A stretch of 64,000 nucleotides of DNA from an uncultured Chloroflexia bacterium (GCA_963792075.1 CAWBUW010000002.1:466850-530849); one strand, 5' to 3'; counted from the stretch's first letter, positions 49,956 through 60,579 are shown. Numbers and translations: made by a program. The notes: generated by a model from the letters alone, not told the origin.

Positions 49956-50474
49956 ATGCCTTCAATCTTACTCGTGTGTACCGCAAATATCTGCCGTTCC
50001 CCGATGGCAGAAGCCATCCTTAAAGATCAGCTTTCTCGACGCCCGGATGCAGCGCAGTGGCAGGTGGCATCCGCCGGCACCTGGGCGCTGGATGGCCGCG
50101 GGGCTGCGTTGGGCACCCGAGACGCTCTCCGTGACCTGGGATTGACCGCGGAAGGACACGTCGCCCGCACGGTCACGCTGGATTTACTGCAAACGTTTGA
50201 CCTCATCCTGACCATGGAACGCGGGCAGCAAGAGGCATTACAGGTTGAATTTCCCCAGGTAGCTTCACGGATCTCCCTGCTGGCCGAGATGGTGGGCGCT
50301 CGTTTCGATATCCAGGATCCAATTGCCGGCACGCAGGCGGATTTCCGCGCGACGGCGCAGGAGCTGCTGCAGCTCCTGACCCAGGCTATGCACACCATCA
50401 CCCAGACTGCCACCCGGAATGCGGCGCTGCGCCCGGGGATGAGCGGGGATGATGAGGGTAGGAATCTCCTGTAA
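49956..50474 (+). CDS. low-molecular-weight protein-tyrosine phosphatase
   Basis: CTANICRS (CX5R-S) P-loop at the N-terminus. Confidence 0.88.
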   Translation: MPSILLVCTANICRSPMAEAILKDQLSRRPDAAQWQVASAGTWALDGRGAALGTRDALRDLGLTAEGHVARTVTLDLLQTFDLILTMERGQQEALQVEFPQVASRISLLAEMVGARFDIQDPIAGTQADFRATAQELLQLLTQAMHTITQTATRNAALRPGMSGDDEGRNLL

Positions 50475-50489
50475 GGATGTGGATTTAAA

Positions 50490-52466
50490 ATGAACACTTT
50501 TAAGAACCTGTGGGAACGGCGCGATGCGAAGATGCTGTTGTTGGTGCTGCTGGTAGCGCTGCTGTATGGGCTCTTGTACGTGTTCCTCGTCCCGCCCTGG
50601 CAGCATTACGATGAACCCTCGCATTTTGAAGTGGCCTGGCTGACAGCCCGCCGCGGGACAGTTCCGCAACTGGGAGATGAGACGGACCTGGAAATACGGC
50701 GGGCGATTGCCATTTCGATGCGCGCCCATGAATTTTTCCGCGATGCGGGTTTCGAGCCGCCTCTGGAAGAGAATGGCAATATCTGGCTGGGGCAGACCCA
50801 ATTTGGCAACCTGCCGCTGTATTATTACCTTGCGGCTATTCCAGTCCGATTGCTGGAAAACCAGGGTATTGATGCGATGCTCTATGGGGCGCGCCTGCTC
50901 TCATTGTTCTTCCTGCTGCTCAGCGTGCTTGCCTGTTGGGGTATCGTTGTAGAATTCACTCCCGCAGGCCATCGAATGCGCTTCCTGCTGCCATTGGGGC
51001 TGGCTTTGCTGCCGGGTTACGTGGATGTGATGACCGCGGCCAACAATGATACCCTTGCGGCTTGCCTGGCAGCCCTGGCATTGTGGGCAGCTCTGCGTTT
51101 GATCCGGCGAGGGTTTTCAATTGTCCCCTTTCTGGCTGTTTGCTTGCTGGCAGTCCTGATCTACTTCTCGAAAGAAACAGCTTATCCGGTGTACTTGCTT
51201 CTATTCGTGGCCATGCCCTTAATGCTGGCGCGTGGCCGGTTTGCGGCGCTGCGGCCCTGGATCTGGGGTGGTGTATTTACTGGCGTTGTGATTTTCCTGG
51301 CCTGGGCGATGATGCCCGGAGACGCAGCAGCCTGGTACCGGGTCACAACGCAGGCACTCCCGACGCGCACGGATGTTCAGCCGGCGGTAGTGGGGAATTA
51401 CGTCTTTCAGTTCGACCCTCAGGCCCCAAGTTCGCCGGATTGGTTCAATAACACTGCGGTTTTCCAACCCATGCCGCTGGCCATCCCAGACCGGAATGAG
51501 GTTTATACGCTGGGGGTATGGGCGTGGACAATGTCATCATCGCCCAATGCTGTTCAAGAGACAGCCAGGTTAACCCTCGGTTTTGGCTTCAACCGCTTTT
51601 CCAATACTTTTACTCTGACTCCCGAGCCAACCTTCCTGGTCATTACCGGCACCATGACTCCCGAGCAGTTTATGCCCTTTCGACTGTTGCTTGGACCAGG
51701 GTTTCATACCAGCTCCGGGAGTAGGGACCAGCTAGTTTTCATGGACGGGGTGGTTCTGGCGAAAGGGGAGTACCCCAGCGTTGAACCCCCCGAATATGAG
51801 GATGCTCAAGGATCGAGCGGATCCTGGGGCGGGCGGTCTTTCACCAACCTGGTGCGGAATGGCTCTGCTGAGCTGGGTGGGCTGCGTTTCCGCCCCCTGG
51901 TGGACCACCTTGTGGCGCGCTTCTTACCCGACCGGACCCAACCTTCTCTGCTGCTGACTTCGTTCCTGGACTGGCCGGGCTCACAGTTGTACTATTCAGG
52001 CGCAGCCGAGTGGCTGCTGACGACCTTTTGGGGCATGTTTGGCTGGGCGCATGTCCCGCTGCTCGGCTCACCACCGCGCTGGCTGTTTGCCGGGTATACC
52101 TTCATAGCTGTCCTGGCAACGGCCCTCTGGACCGTGGGAGCGCTATTTGGCCGGAACCAAAGCCTGCATACATTGCGTAGTGAGGCGCTTTTCCTGGTTT
52201 TAGCGCTGGTTCTGCCCTGGATGAGCACGCTGCTGCGCGCACCGCTCTATCTCGGCCTGGAGAATTTGTACCTGCCGGTGGCGCGCTACGCGCTGGCCGC
52301 GGCGATTCCAACCGTGTTCGTGTTGAACCTGGGGTTGCTCCAAATCTATGGCGCCTTGGATCGTAAATTCTCGGCGCGAGGGTGGATTACCGCAGGCGCA
52401 TTTATCGGCGGCTGGTTGCTATTCGCGCTATATGCCATTCTCAGCATTCGGATGTTCTATGCCTGA
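50490..52466 (+). CDS. large polytopic membrane protein (DUF2142-like, GT-C-like)
   Basis: 658 aa. HYDEPSHF lies after the first TM helix. Many TM helices plus a soluble insert. Confidence 0.6.
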   Translation: MNTFKNLWERRDAKMLLLVLLVALLYGLLYVFLVPPWQHYDEPSHFEVAWLTARRGTVPQLGDETDLEIRRAIAISMRAHEFFRDAGFEPPLEENGNIWLGQTQFGNLPLYYYLAAIPVRLLENQGIDAMLYGARLLSLFFLLLSVLACWGIVVEFTPAGHRMRFLLPLGLALLPGYVDVMTAANNDTLAACLAALALWAALRLIRRGFSIVPFLAVCLLAVLIYFSKETAYPVYLLLFVAMPLMLARGRFAALRPWIWGGVFTGVVIFLAWAMMPGDAAAWYRVTTQALPTRTDVQPAVVGNYVFQFDPQAPSSPDWFNNTAVFQPMPLAIPDRNEVYTLGVWAWTMSSSPNAVQETARLTLGFGFNRFSNTFTLTPEPTFLVITGTMTPEQFMPFRLLLGPGFHTSSGSRDQLVFMDGVVLAKGEYPSVEPPEYEDAQGSSGSWGGRSFTNLVRNGSAELGGLRFRPLVDHLVARFLPDRTQPSLLLTSFLDWPGSQLYYSGAAEWLLTTFWGMFGWAHVPLLGSPPRWLFAGYTFIAVLATALWTVGALFGRNQSLHTLRSEALFLVLALVLPWMSTLLRAPLYLGLENLYLPVARYALAAAIPTVFVLNLGLLQIYGALDRKFSARGWITAGAFIGGWLLFALYAILSIRMFYA

Positions 52467-53769
52467 AGGAGCAAATTTTGCCGGCGGGACCACTTTCCGC
52501 TTGGTTCCTCGCCTGGTTGCCTGGCTTGAAAACCATGCCGGCTGGCTGGCATTCGGCCTTGTACTCCTGGCATTCCTGGCAGGCGTGGTTTATTCGCTGA
52601 CCCTGGGAGAGCAGCTTCGCTTCTTGCCGGATGAGGCCGATTACCTCACCCTGGCCGGGAATTTGCTCGCTCAGGGCAAACATACCCTGGATGGACTGCA
52701 CCCCACCGCCTACCGCCCGCCGGGCTATCCAATTTTACTCGCTGGCCTTCAGGCCCTGGGCTTTGGACGCTGGATCCCTGCGGTCTTGGGCCTGCGCCTG
52801 GTGAACTTCGCACTCCTGGGCCTGACCTGGCTCTTACTGTATCGCCTGCTCAGCCGGATTTTCACGCCGGTCGCGGGGTTATTGGCGGTTGGGCTGGCAG
52901 CGGTCTATATTGTGCTTTTCTACACGGCGGGTGTTTTTTACCCACAGACGCTGGCGGCGTTCTTGCTCACCGCGCTGCTAACACTGCTTTGTGAGCATCC
53001 GGTTTCAGCCCCACTTCCAGTCTCCCGGATCCTCCTCGCTGGACTGCTCGCAGGCTGCCTGGTCTTGACCTTGCCGACTTTCCTTTTTATCTTCCCTGTC
53101 TTGTTGGCCTGGTTAGTTTATTATCGACGCGCCTGGAAAGCAGCCGCCCTGATGGCGATGATGGTGCTGCTCATCACAGGCGCATGGGCAGTCCGGAATT
53201 ACCTCGCTTTGGACGCGTGGGTTTTTGTTTCGACCAATGGCGGAGAGAATTTGCTGTTGGGTAATTCGCCCCAAACCACAGCCAATGCGGGCACGCTGGT
53301 GGATATTTCTTCTTTTCGCCAGCAGGCCGATGCCCTGGGGCTGAATGAAGTTCAGCGAGACGCTTACTTCCGCCAGCAGGCTCTGGATTACATCTGTGCA
53401 CACCCGGTCGCAGCAGCGCGCCTGTATTTCTCCAAATTTCTGAATTATTTTAACTACCGCAACCAGCTTGCCACGCAGTCTGAAGCCTCCCCCTTACGCG
53501 ACCTGGCGATGCTGTTCACCTATGTACCGCTCCTGGTTCTCGCCATCCTGCGCCTGGTTCTGAGCAAGGGTAAGCTGCACCCTGTGGAAGTTCTTTTCGC
53601 TTTGCTCTACCTCGCCAGCGCGTTGGTACAGGCTGTCTTCTTCACGCGCATCCGTTTCCGGCTGCCATTCGATTACTGCCTCATCGCGCTGGCGGCTGGC
53701 TTCCTGGCCCAGCGGATCCAATCCTGGTTGGGTAAAGCTGAAGGCAAAATAATGACTGGAGAAATATAG
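52459..53769 (+). CDS. GT39/ArnT-like glycosyltransferase (GT-C)
   Basis: RFLPDEADYL...AYRPPGYPILL motif region. The ATG at 52459 overlaps the upstream stop. Confidence 0.7.
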   Translation: MPEGANFAGGTTFRLVPRLVAWLENHAGWLAFGLVLLAFLAGVVYSLTLGEQLRFLPDEADYLTLAGNLLAQGKHTLDGLHPTAYRPPGYPILLAGLQALGFGRWIPAVLGLRLVNFALLGLTWLLLYRLLSRIFTPVAGLLAVGLAAVYIVLFYTAGVFYPQTLAAFLLTALLTLLCEHPVSAPLPVSRILLAGLLAGCLVLTLPTFLFIFPVLLAWLVYYRRAWKAAALMAMMVLLITGAWAVRNYLALDAWVFVSTNGGENLLLGNSPQTTANAGTLVDISSFRQQADALGLNEVQRDAYFRQQALDYICAHPVAAARLYFSKFLNYFNYRNQLATQSEASPLRDLAMLFTYVPLLVLAILRLVLSKGKLHPVEVLFALLYLASALVQAVFFTRIRFRLPFDYCLIALAAGFLAQRIQSWLGKAEGKIMTGEI

Positions 53770-55254
53770 TGGATTATAGATCGCATGTCAGGATAGCTTT
53801 ACTATTTCTCTGTGCACTGGTGGTTTCAGCTTGTTTTCCGGCAGCGACCACTTCGGCGCCTGTTGCTCCAAGCCAGACAGCCGAGACAGTCCACCCGTCT
53901 GCGGTGCCGACTGTCACTCCCGCCCAGCCAGCCGATTCGGTCGGACCAATCCAAACTGCCGCGGCTGCACGCGAATCCACCCTTGGGCGGGATCCATTTG
54001 CATTACCCGGTTCAGCATGGTTGGATTGAAGCTGCCGGCCAGTCGGGAGCTCGCTGGACGCGCCTGGATATTTTCTTTTGGGACCAAATCGAGCCGGTAA
54101 AGTCAAATCCGCCGGTTTATGACTGGTCGCAGATCGACGAAGCCAGCTTGAAAGACATCTCGGCCAGTGGCTTACAGCTTTCTGCTGTGATCTTGTTCAC
54201 TCCCGATTGGGCGCAGAAATACCCTGGCGTGGCTTGCGGTCCCATTGCGGAAGCAGAAATTGAACGCTTCGCCCAGTTTATGCACGCCCTGGTAGCGCGC
54301 TATTCACAGCCGCCCTACAATATTCGTTACTGGGAGATCGGCAACGAGCCGGATATTGACCATACGCTCGTCAGCCCACGCAGCGGCTTCGGGTGTTGGG
54401 GGGAGGCGGATGATCCCTATTATGGGGGAGGTTACTACGCCCAGGTCTTAAAGGCGGTGTATCCGCAAGTCAAAGCAGCCGATCCTCAAGCTCAGGTGCT
54501 GGTGGGTGGCCTGCTGCTGGATTGCGATCCGGAGCATCCTCCTTTGGATACCAACGGCCAGGCAAAAAACTGTGCGCCGGCGCGCTTTTTGGAAGGCGTC
54601 CTCAAGGCCGGAGGGGGAGCCTACTTAGATGGCGTCAGCTTCCATGCCTATGATTATTACTACAACGCACTGGGCCAATATGGCAACCCGAATTGGAATG
54701 CGGACTGGCGCACAACGGGCCCGGCCTGGATTCCCAAGGTGGCTTACCTGCGCAACCTGCTGGGCGCGGCGGGTATGCCTGAGACCCCTCTTTTTCTCAC
54801 CGAGCTCGCTACGATCTGCGGGCGTGACGGTTCTGAAGATTATTGCCACACTCCGGATCTGGAGCAGACCAAGGCCATCTATGTGGTGCAGTCATTGGCA
54901 GCAGGGAAGGCGGAGGGTTTGCAGTCCGTGATCTGGTTTGGGATCACCGGCTGGCGTGCATCTGGAATGCTGCAAGGAAGCACCCCGCTCCCTGTGTACC
55001 ACGCGCTGAGCTTTTTTCAGGCTACAATCGCTGACACCGAGTTCACCAGCCGCATTCAGGAATACCCGGGCGTGCAGGGGTATGTTTTTACCCGGGCGGA
55101 CCAGGAAACCTGGGTGCTCTGGTCAGCAGATGGGAATGGGCACCAGATTGAGCTTCCTGGAATCCCTGGCGCGATTTATAATGTAGCAGGTCAAAAATTA
55201 GATACTTCGCAGAGTATCGAGATCACTGTCTCGCCGGTTTATTTGCGCTGGTGA
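53769..55254 (+). pseudogene. lipoprotein glycoside hydrolase (GH5/GH39-like), with signal peptide and catalytic domain in different frames
   Basis: The lipobox LVVSAC ORF (53769-54029) and the WEIGNEPD-containing ORF (53812-55254) are joined by removing one G near 53985-53991. Confidence 0.7.
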
Positions 55255-55305
55255 TAAATCGGGTCAAGGCCGCTGGTCTTTCGCGACGAAAATCTGCTTT
55301 CGGGG

Positions 55306-55965
55306 TTGTTAGAGGTGAATGAAGTGTTGGATCAAAGTCAATTGAGCCAGGGGATTGACGCCGGAGATACCGGATCTAGTACAACGCAGGCAAACAGCGA
55401 TGAAGCGGTGCTGGCTCTTGCGGTCGAAGGTGACCAGGAAGCTTTTGGCATCCTTTATGAACGTTACGTAGGACGGATCTACAGTTATATTTATTATCGC
55501 ACCGGGAACCATCATGATGCTGAGGATTTGACCGCTCGTGTTTTTATCCGGGCGATCCGTAGTATCGTCAAGTACCAGGACCGCGGCCTGCCCATTTCCG
55601 CCTGGCTGTACCGGATTGCGCATAACCTGGTCGCGAACTGGCACCGTGATCGCAGCCGCCGCCCGGAGATTGTCTTGGATGAGCGCCTGGCATTTTACCC
55701 CAGCGCAGAGCATCCGGAAATAACGATGTTGAGAAATGAGGAGCAAGACCGCTTAATGAGGATCATCCGCAAACAGCCCCAGGATCGCCAACAGCTTTTG
55801 ATCTTGAAATTCGTGGACCATTTATCCAATGCGGAGATCGGGCAGATCATGGGACGTACCGAAGGCGCGGTTAAGAGCCTGTACCACCGTACTTTATTGT
55901 CTCTGCGTGACGAATTAGGCGAGTTCGCTGTCAATACGATGGAAGGAACATCAGGAGAAACGTAA
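55306..55965 (+). CDS. ECF-type RNA polymerase sigma factor
   Basis: Region 2 (DAEDLTARVFIRA) and region 4 (LSNAEIGQIMGRTEGAVKSLYHR). The start codon is uncertain. Confidence 0.85.
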   Translation: MLEVNEVLDQSQLSQGIDAGDTGSSTTQANSDEAVLALAVEGDQEAFGILYERYVGRIYSYIYYRTGNHHDAEDLTARVFIRAIRSIVKYQDRGLPISAWLYRIAHNLVANWHRDRSRRPEIVLDERLAFYPSAEHPEITMLRNEEQDRLMRIIRKQPQDRQQLLILKFVDHLSNAEIGQIMGRTEGAVKSLYHRTLLSLRDELGEFAVNTMEGTSGET

Positions 55966-56286
55966 ATGAAAAAAACATTTACATCGCCGTTTACCAGACC
56001 AGGCCAGGTGGATGAAATCCAGCCGGATGAGACTGCGGAGCTCGAGCGGCTTTTGCTTGGGCAGCTCGCGCCGGTAAGACCTCGCCAGGATTACGTCCAT
56101 GACCTGGGCAAGCGGCTGGCGGACAAAGTGCTGCCGGTGGTTGCCGAAGAGCGTCAGCGAGCGGATCAAATCGACCTGTGGCAAGGGCTTTTACTGATTG
56201 CTGCAGGGGTGGTCAGCGGGATCCTGATGGTTTTATTCGGTGTGCGCATGGTGCGAAACGTTTCTGTGGCGCGCCAGGCGCGGTAG
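55966..56286 (+). CDS. putative single-TM anti-sigma factor
   Basis: Its ATG directly abuts the sigma gene stop codon (no spacer). 106 aa with one TM helix near the C-terminus. Confidence 0.55.
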   Translation: MKKTFTSPFTRPGQVDEIQPDETAELERLLLGQLAPVRPRQDYVHDLGKRLADKVLPVVAEERQRADQIDLWQGLLLIAAGVVSGILMVLFGVRMVRNVSVARQAR

Positions 56287-56319
56287 GGGGTTGGGTGTAC
56301 TCGCGCCGTTAAATAAGTT

Positions 56320-56354
56320 GCGCCCAAGATATGGGAGTCCTATATCTTGGGCGC
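56320..56354 (+). repeat. 13-bp perfect hairpin
   Basis: GCGCCCAAGATAT ... ATATCTTGGGCGC with a 9-nt loop. Confidence 0.85.
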
Positions 56355-56369
56355 TTGAGCAGGATGATT

Positions 56370-56415
56370 GGGATCAATTTTGCGGTGAATCCGCAAAATT
56401 GATCCCTTTTTATTT
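56370..56415 (+). terminator. intrinsic terminator at a convergent junction
   Basis: 16-bp perfect stem GGGATCAATTTTGCGG/CCGCAAAATTGATCCC, then TTTTTATTT. Confidence 0.7.
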
Positions 56416-56727
56416 AATGAGCAGTTGTTGCGCCAACCAGCGCGCCTCGGCGATCAGGTCGGCCTCGATGGGGAGCCGGTAAGCCTCATCGACTTTGAGC
56501 AAAAAATGGCCGGCCACGCGCCGCACCTCTGCGGGCAGGTCCGCCAGGCCTTCCAGCGCGCGCAGCTGATCGTACGCACTGCGGCTGCGCGCGACCTGGC
56601 CGCGTGCTTCCAGGTATGCCCGCGCGGCGATCCCGGCCGCCCGCCTGGCGCAGACGCGGGCCCGCCCCTCGTTACCGTCCCGGCGGGCTGCCTCGGCCAG
56701 GGCTATTTCGGCTTCAAAATCTGGCAT
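56410..56727 (-). CDS. small helical protein with an RX4H (HEPN-like) motif
   Basis: 105 aa starting at MPDFEAEIALAE. Contains RRVAGH. The ORF-track N-terminus reads through a hairpin. Confidence 0.4.
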   Translation of the reverse strand: MPDFEAEIALAEAARRDGNEGRARVCARRAAGIAARAYLEARGQVARSRSAYDQLRALEGLADLPAEVRRVAGHFLLKVDEAYRLPIEADLIAEARWLAQQLLIK

Positions 56728-56735
56728 ATAGATTA

Positions 56736-56782
56736 TTTGGGGTTTATTTTGGGCGGCGGAGCCGCCCAAAATAAACCCCAAA
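56736..56782 (+). repeat. 22-bp perfect hairpin filling an intercistronic gap
   Basis: TTTGGGGTTTATTTTGGGCGGC gga GCCGCCCAAAATAAACCCCAAA. Confidence 0.9.
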
Positions 56783-56787
56783 CCCCT

Positions 56788-58647
56788 CTATTTGAATCTG
56801 GCGAAGAAGGAGCGTTCTTTCGCTGCCTCTGCAACCGCCGGCTCTTTGTGATTGCCGTTCCCATTGCTGCCATTCTTCCCGGGGGAATAATTATACCCGT
56901 GGGAGTAGTAATAATACGACGAATAGCGGTACTTACCGTAGTAGTGCGCTGCTTTGCGGGCAATCGGGTTGAGGACGACCCCCAGAATGCGAGCGCCCGA
57001 ACGGTGAAGCTGCTCCAGCATGGCCTGCGCCGAGTCGATCTTTGTCTTTCCCGGCTCGATGATCATAATGACGCCATCCACGCGCGCCGAAAGCACCACC
57101 GGATCCGTCACGATCGAAGGTGGGCTGTCTAAGATCACCACGTCATAATTCTCGCTGAGCTGGTCCAGGATCTGGGTCATGCGCTCGGAGGCCAGGAGCT
57201 CGGTCGGGTTCGGGGGGATTTCTCCACTGGGGATTACGGTGATTTCCGGGTCTCCCCAGGTAACGAAGGCGGCCACGTCGTGTATATTGTGCCGGAACAG
57301 GTCGGTCAGCCCCACCCGGTTGGCCAGGTTGAGCTTTTGGTGCAGAGAGGGACGGCGAAGGTCTGCATCCAGCAAAGCGACTTTCTTGCCGCCTTGCGCG
57401 ATCACCATTGCCAGGTTGATCGCCACGGTGGTCTTGCCTTCGCTGGGGCCTGAGCTGGTGACCAGGATCGTGCGCAGGGGTTTATCCACGCTGGCAAATT
57501 CCAGGTTGGTGCGCAGTGCCCGGAAGGCCTCGGCAATGGGTGAGCGCGGCTGATCGGCCACGTAGGCGGCGCCATCTGCCTGCGAGTCCTTTTCCATTTC
57601 CCCGATCAGGCCGATGGTGGGCAGCTTCAGGGCACGCGCCACATCCTCGGGCGTCTTGAGCGTATCGTCCAGGTACTCTACCAGGAAGGCGATGCCGCCG
57701 GCCAGGGCCAGGCCCATCACCAACCCCAGCATAAGGTTTTGTACCGGCTGCGGCTGGACCGGATGGGTGGGCAGCGGCGCGCTTTCGATCTGGATCACGT
57801 TCGTGGTGCTTTGCAGCCGCGCCAGGCGGATGCTCTCGTAATTGTTCAGCAGGTTCGAGTAGATCTGCTGGTACAGCGCCAGCGTGGTCTGAAGCTGCGA
57901 CTGGCGGATCGATTGGCTGCTCGTTCCGGTAGAACTGCCCAGGACAATCGTCTGCTGGTAGGCCTGCTGGTACAGGTTCAGGCGGGTTTCCAGCGCAGAG
58001 AGATAATCCTCTTTCTCGGCCAGGGTATCGCCGGTCAGCAACTCCATCTCTTTGCGCAGGTCCCGGATCTCGATCTCCAGCGCGGCGATCTCCGTTTCTA
58101 AAGTCGTTTGCTGCTTTTTCAGGCTTTCTTCAGATTGCTGTGCCATCTGGTCTTGCACCGAGATGATCTGCGCCTCGATCTGGTCGATCTGCCGCTGCAG
58201 GTTTTCCTCGGCGGTGATAAAGCGGCTGGTCTGGGTGAGCTCGTTCTGCTCGATGAACACCTTGATCAGTGTGTTGGCGATGAGCTGCGCCCGCGCCGGG
58301 TCGCTGTCCTTGACCGTAATATCCAGGATCAGCATGTCGGTCATCTGTTTGACGCTGACCTGGTCTTTGTTTACCGAAAATCCCAATTCCTGCCCGACCG
58401 CCTCCAGGACTGGCTGGGTGACGATCAACTGCGTATAGGTTTTGGCAAGCTGCAGGTCGCTATAAATGTAATAATAATCCGTGCCGCGGCTTTCGGGAGG
58501 GCGGGAAACCATCACCTTCGTGGTCGTCTGGTAGATGGTGGGTTGGTACAGCGTGTATACATACCCCCCCGCGACGCCCAGCACCGCCCCTACCACCACT
58601 AACCACGCCCATTTCTGGACCAATGTAAAAATTTGTCGAATATCCAT
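56788..58647 (-). CDS. polysaccharide co-polymerase / tyrosine autokinase (Wzz domain plus BY-kinase)
   Basis: N-terminal TM and Wzz-like coiled region, P-loop GPSEGKT, and Tyr-rich tail HYYGKYRYSSYYYYSHGYNY. Confidence 0.88.
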   Translation of the reverse strand: MDIRQIFTLVQKWAWLVVVGAVLGVAGGYVYTLYQPTIYQTTTKVMVSRPPESRGTDYYYIYSDLQLAKTYTQLIVTQPVLEAVGQELGFSVNKDQVSVKQMTDMLILDITVKDSDPARAQLIANTLIKVFIEQNELTQTSRFITAEENLQRQIDQIEAQIISVQDQMAQQSEESLKKQQTTLETEIAALEIEIRDLRKEMELLTGDTLAEKEDYLSALETRLNLYQQAYQQTIVLGSSTGTSSQSIRQSQLQTTLALYQQIYSNLLNNYESIRLARLQSTTNVIQIESAPLPTHPVQPQPVQNLMLGLVMGLALAGGIAFLVEYLDDTLKTPEDVARALKLPTIGLIGEMEKDSQADGAAYVADQPRSPIAEAFRALRTNLEFASVDKPLRTILVTSSGPSEGKTTVAINLAMVIAQGGKKVALLDADLRRPSLHQKLNLANRVGLTDLFRHNIHDVAAFVTWGDPEITVIPSGEIPPNPTELLASERMTQILDQLSENYDVVILDSPPSIVTDPVVLSARVDGVIMIIEPGKTKIDSAQAMLEQLHRSGARILGVVLNPIARKAAHYYGKYRYSSYYYYSHGYNYSPGKNGSNGNGNHKEPAVAEAAKERSFFARFK

Positions 58648-58653
58648 AATTTT

Positions 58654-58662
58654 ATTATATCA
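58654..58662 (-). promoter_or_regulatory. candidate extended -10 promoter for a leaderless BY-kinase mRNA
   Basis: TGATATAAT on the minus strand, then 6 nt, then the ATG at 58647. Confidence 0.4.
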
Positions 58663-58667
58663 GAGGT

Positions 58668-58710
58668 GGGGTGTTCAAAGGGACGGCTTTGCCGCCCCTT
58701 TGAACACCCC
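58668..58710 (+). repeat. 20-bp hairpin (one mismatch)
   Basis: GGGGTGTTCAAAGGGACGGC ttt GCCGCCCCTTTGAACACCCC. Confidence 0.85.
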
Positions 58711-58733
58711 AAAATATTATCCGAGGGCATCTT

Positions 58734-59850
58734 TTACCGCGCTACCACCAGCATCACCTGCTCGTCGGTCATGCTGGGGTAGAGAGGGAGCGTCACTTCC
58801 CGCGCCGCGACGGCTTCGGTCACCGGCAGCTTCACGTCCGGGTACAGCCTGCGATAATGCGTGAACAGGTGGATCGGGGGGTAGTGGATGCTCGTCTGGA
58901 TGCCGGCGGCGCGCAGGGTGTCAATAAAGCGCAGGCGGTCCGTGCCCTCGGGCAGCAAGGCCGGGAAAATGTGGTAGGCTGGCTCCCACCCCGTGCCCAT
59001 CTGCCGGAAGGGCAGCCCCAGCCCGCTCCCCGCCAGCGACTGCCAGTACGCCTCGGTGATCTCTCGCCTCCGGGCGTTGTTGGCGGCCAGCTTCCTTAAC
59101 TGCACCAGCCCCAGCGCGGAGCGTATCTCGTCCAGGCGGTAGTTGTAGCCCATGTCCACCACGTCGTAGGTGTAGGCGTGGCCCTTGTGGCGGTCCCAGG
59201 TCAGGCTGGTCATGCCATGCGAGCGCAGCAGGCGCACCTTCTCGGCAATCCCGTCGTCATCCGTGACCAGCATGCCGCCCTCGCCGGTGGACAGGTTCTT
59301 GTTGGAGAAGAAGCTGAAGCAGCCTACCTGCCCCCACGTGCCCAGCGCTTTCTCGCCCAGCCCGGCGCCCGGCGCGTGCGCGGCATCCTCGATGACCTTT
59401 AGCCCATATTTCTGGGCAACTGCCAGGATCTCGGGCATGCGGCAGGGATAGCCTCCGTAGTGCATCACGATGATCGCCTTGGTGCGCGGTGTGATCTGCG
59501 CCTCGATCGATTCCGGCGAGATGGTCAGCTCCTCCTCCCCGCAAACCTCGGCAAAACGCACCTGCGCCCCGGTGTACAGGACGGCGTTCGTGGTGGCCAC
59601 AAAGCTCAGCGAAGGCGCAATCACTTCGTCGCCCGGGCCAATGCCCAGCGCCAGGCAGGCCAGGTGCAGCGCCACGGTCGCGTTGGACACGGCCAGCGCA
59701 TGCTTGGACCCCGTGCCGCGCGGCGAACTCGCGCTCGAATTCCTGCGTCACGGCGCCCATGGTCAGCCACTTGCTGCGCAGCACCTGCAGCACGGCCTGC
59801 TCTTCCTCGATGCCAAAATCCAGGTCTGCTAAGGGAACTTTCCAATCCAT
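58734..59850 (-). pseudogene. DegT/DnrJ/EryC1/StrS-family sugar aminotransferase, N-terminus in another frame (possibly a sequencing indel)
   Basis: MDWKVPLADL...EFAARHG is in one frame and SKHALAVSNATVALHLA... in another. The junction is the C4 run at 59709-59712. FSFFSNKNLSTGEGG motif present. Confidence 0.8.
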
Positions 59851-59853
59851 ACG

Positions 59854-60564
59854 CTAATCCTCTCCCAAAATCTGCTCGCGCAGCGCGTCGAAATCCTGCA
59901 CTGCCTGTTCGTAATCGTCCGGCCTCCCCAGGTCCTGCCAATAGCCTTCGAAAGGATAGCCCTTCACCCGCTCGCCGGCTGCAATCAGCTTCAGGACCAG
60001 GTCGGGGAAATCCAGGTAAGTGTTGTGCGGGATATATTCCAACACGCGCGGCTCGAACACGTAAATCCCCATGCTGACGAAGAAGTCGTAGCGCGGCTTT
60101 TCAAGGTATCCAATGATCTCGTGGTCCCCATCGAACTGGATCACCCCCAGGTCCACCTTGACCTGCCGGGCGTGGGTGGCAATGGTCGCCGCGGCCCCGC
60201 TCTGGCGGTGGGAGGCGATCAGCGCCCGCAGGTCGAGCGTGGTCAGCACGTCGCCGTTGGTGATCAAGAAGGTGTCGTCCAGCCCTTCGATCAGCGACAG
60301 CGGCCCGGCCGTCCCCAGCGGCTGTTCCTCGAAGCTGTAACGGATCTTCAGCCCCAGCCGCCGGCCATCTTGAAAAAATGCTTTGAGCAGCTCGGCCAGG
60401 TGGCCCACGGTCAGGATCACCTCATCCACCCCGGCCTTTTTCATCTGCCGCAGCAAGATCTCCAAAATGGGCATATCGCCGATCGGCATCAAGGGCTTGG
60501 GGAGTATTTTTGTATAGGGCGCCAGACGTGTGCCTTTGCCCCCTGCGAGAACGACTGCTTTCAT
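59854..60564 (-). CDS. sugar-phosphate nucleotidyltransferase
   Basis: LAGGKGTRLAPYT..LPKPL motif. GGAGGA before the ATG at 60564. Confidence 0.85.
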   Translation of the reverse strand: MKAVVLAGGKGTRLAPYTKILPKPLMPIGDMPILEILLRQMKKAGVDEVILTVGHLAELLKAFFQDGRRLGLKIRYSFEEQPLGTAGPLSLIEGLDDTFLITNGDVLTTLDLRALIASHRQSGAAATIATHARQVKVDLGVIQFDGDHEIIGYLEKPRYDFFVSMGIYVFEPRVLEYIPHNTYLDFPDLVLKLIAAGERVKGYPFEGYWQDLGRPDDYEQAVQDFDALREQILGED

Positions 60565-60579
60565 TTTTCCTCCAATGGT

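Noticed and set aside
56410-56727. Calling the HEPN-like gene a toxin-antitoxin module
   Set aside because: No adjacent small partner ORF (MNT or other antitoxin) exists. The upstream neighbour is the BY-kinase and the downstream neighbour is convergent. Only the RX4H motif supports the fold assignment.
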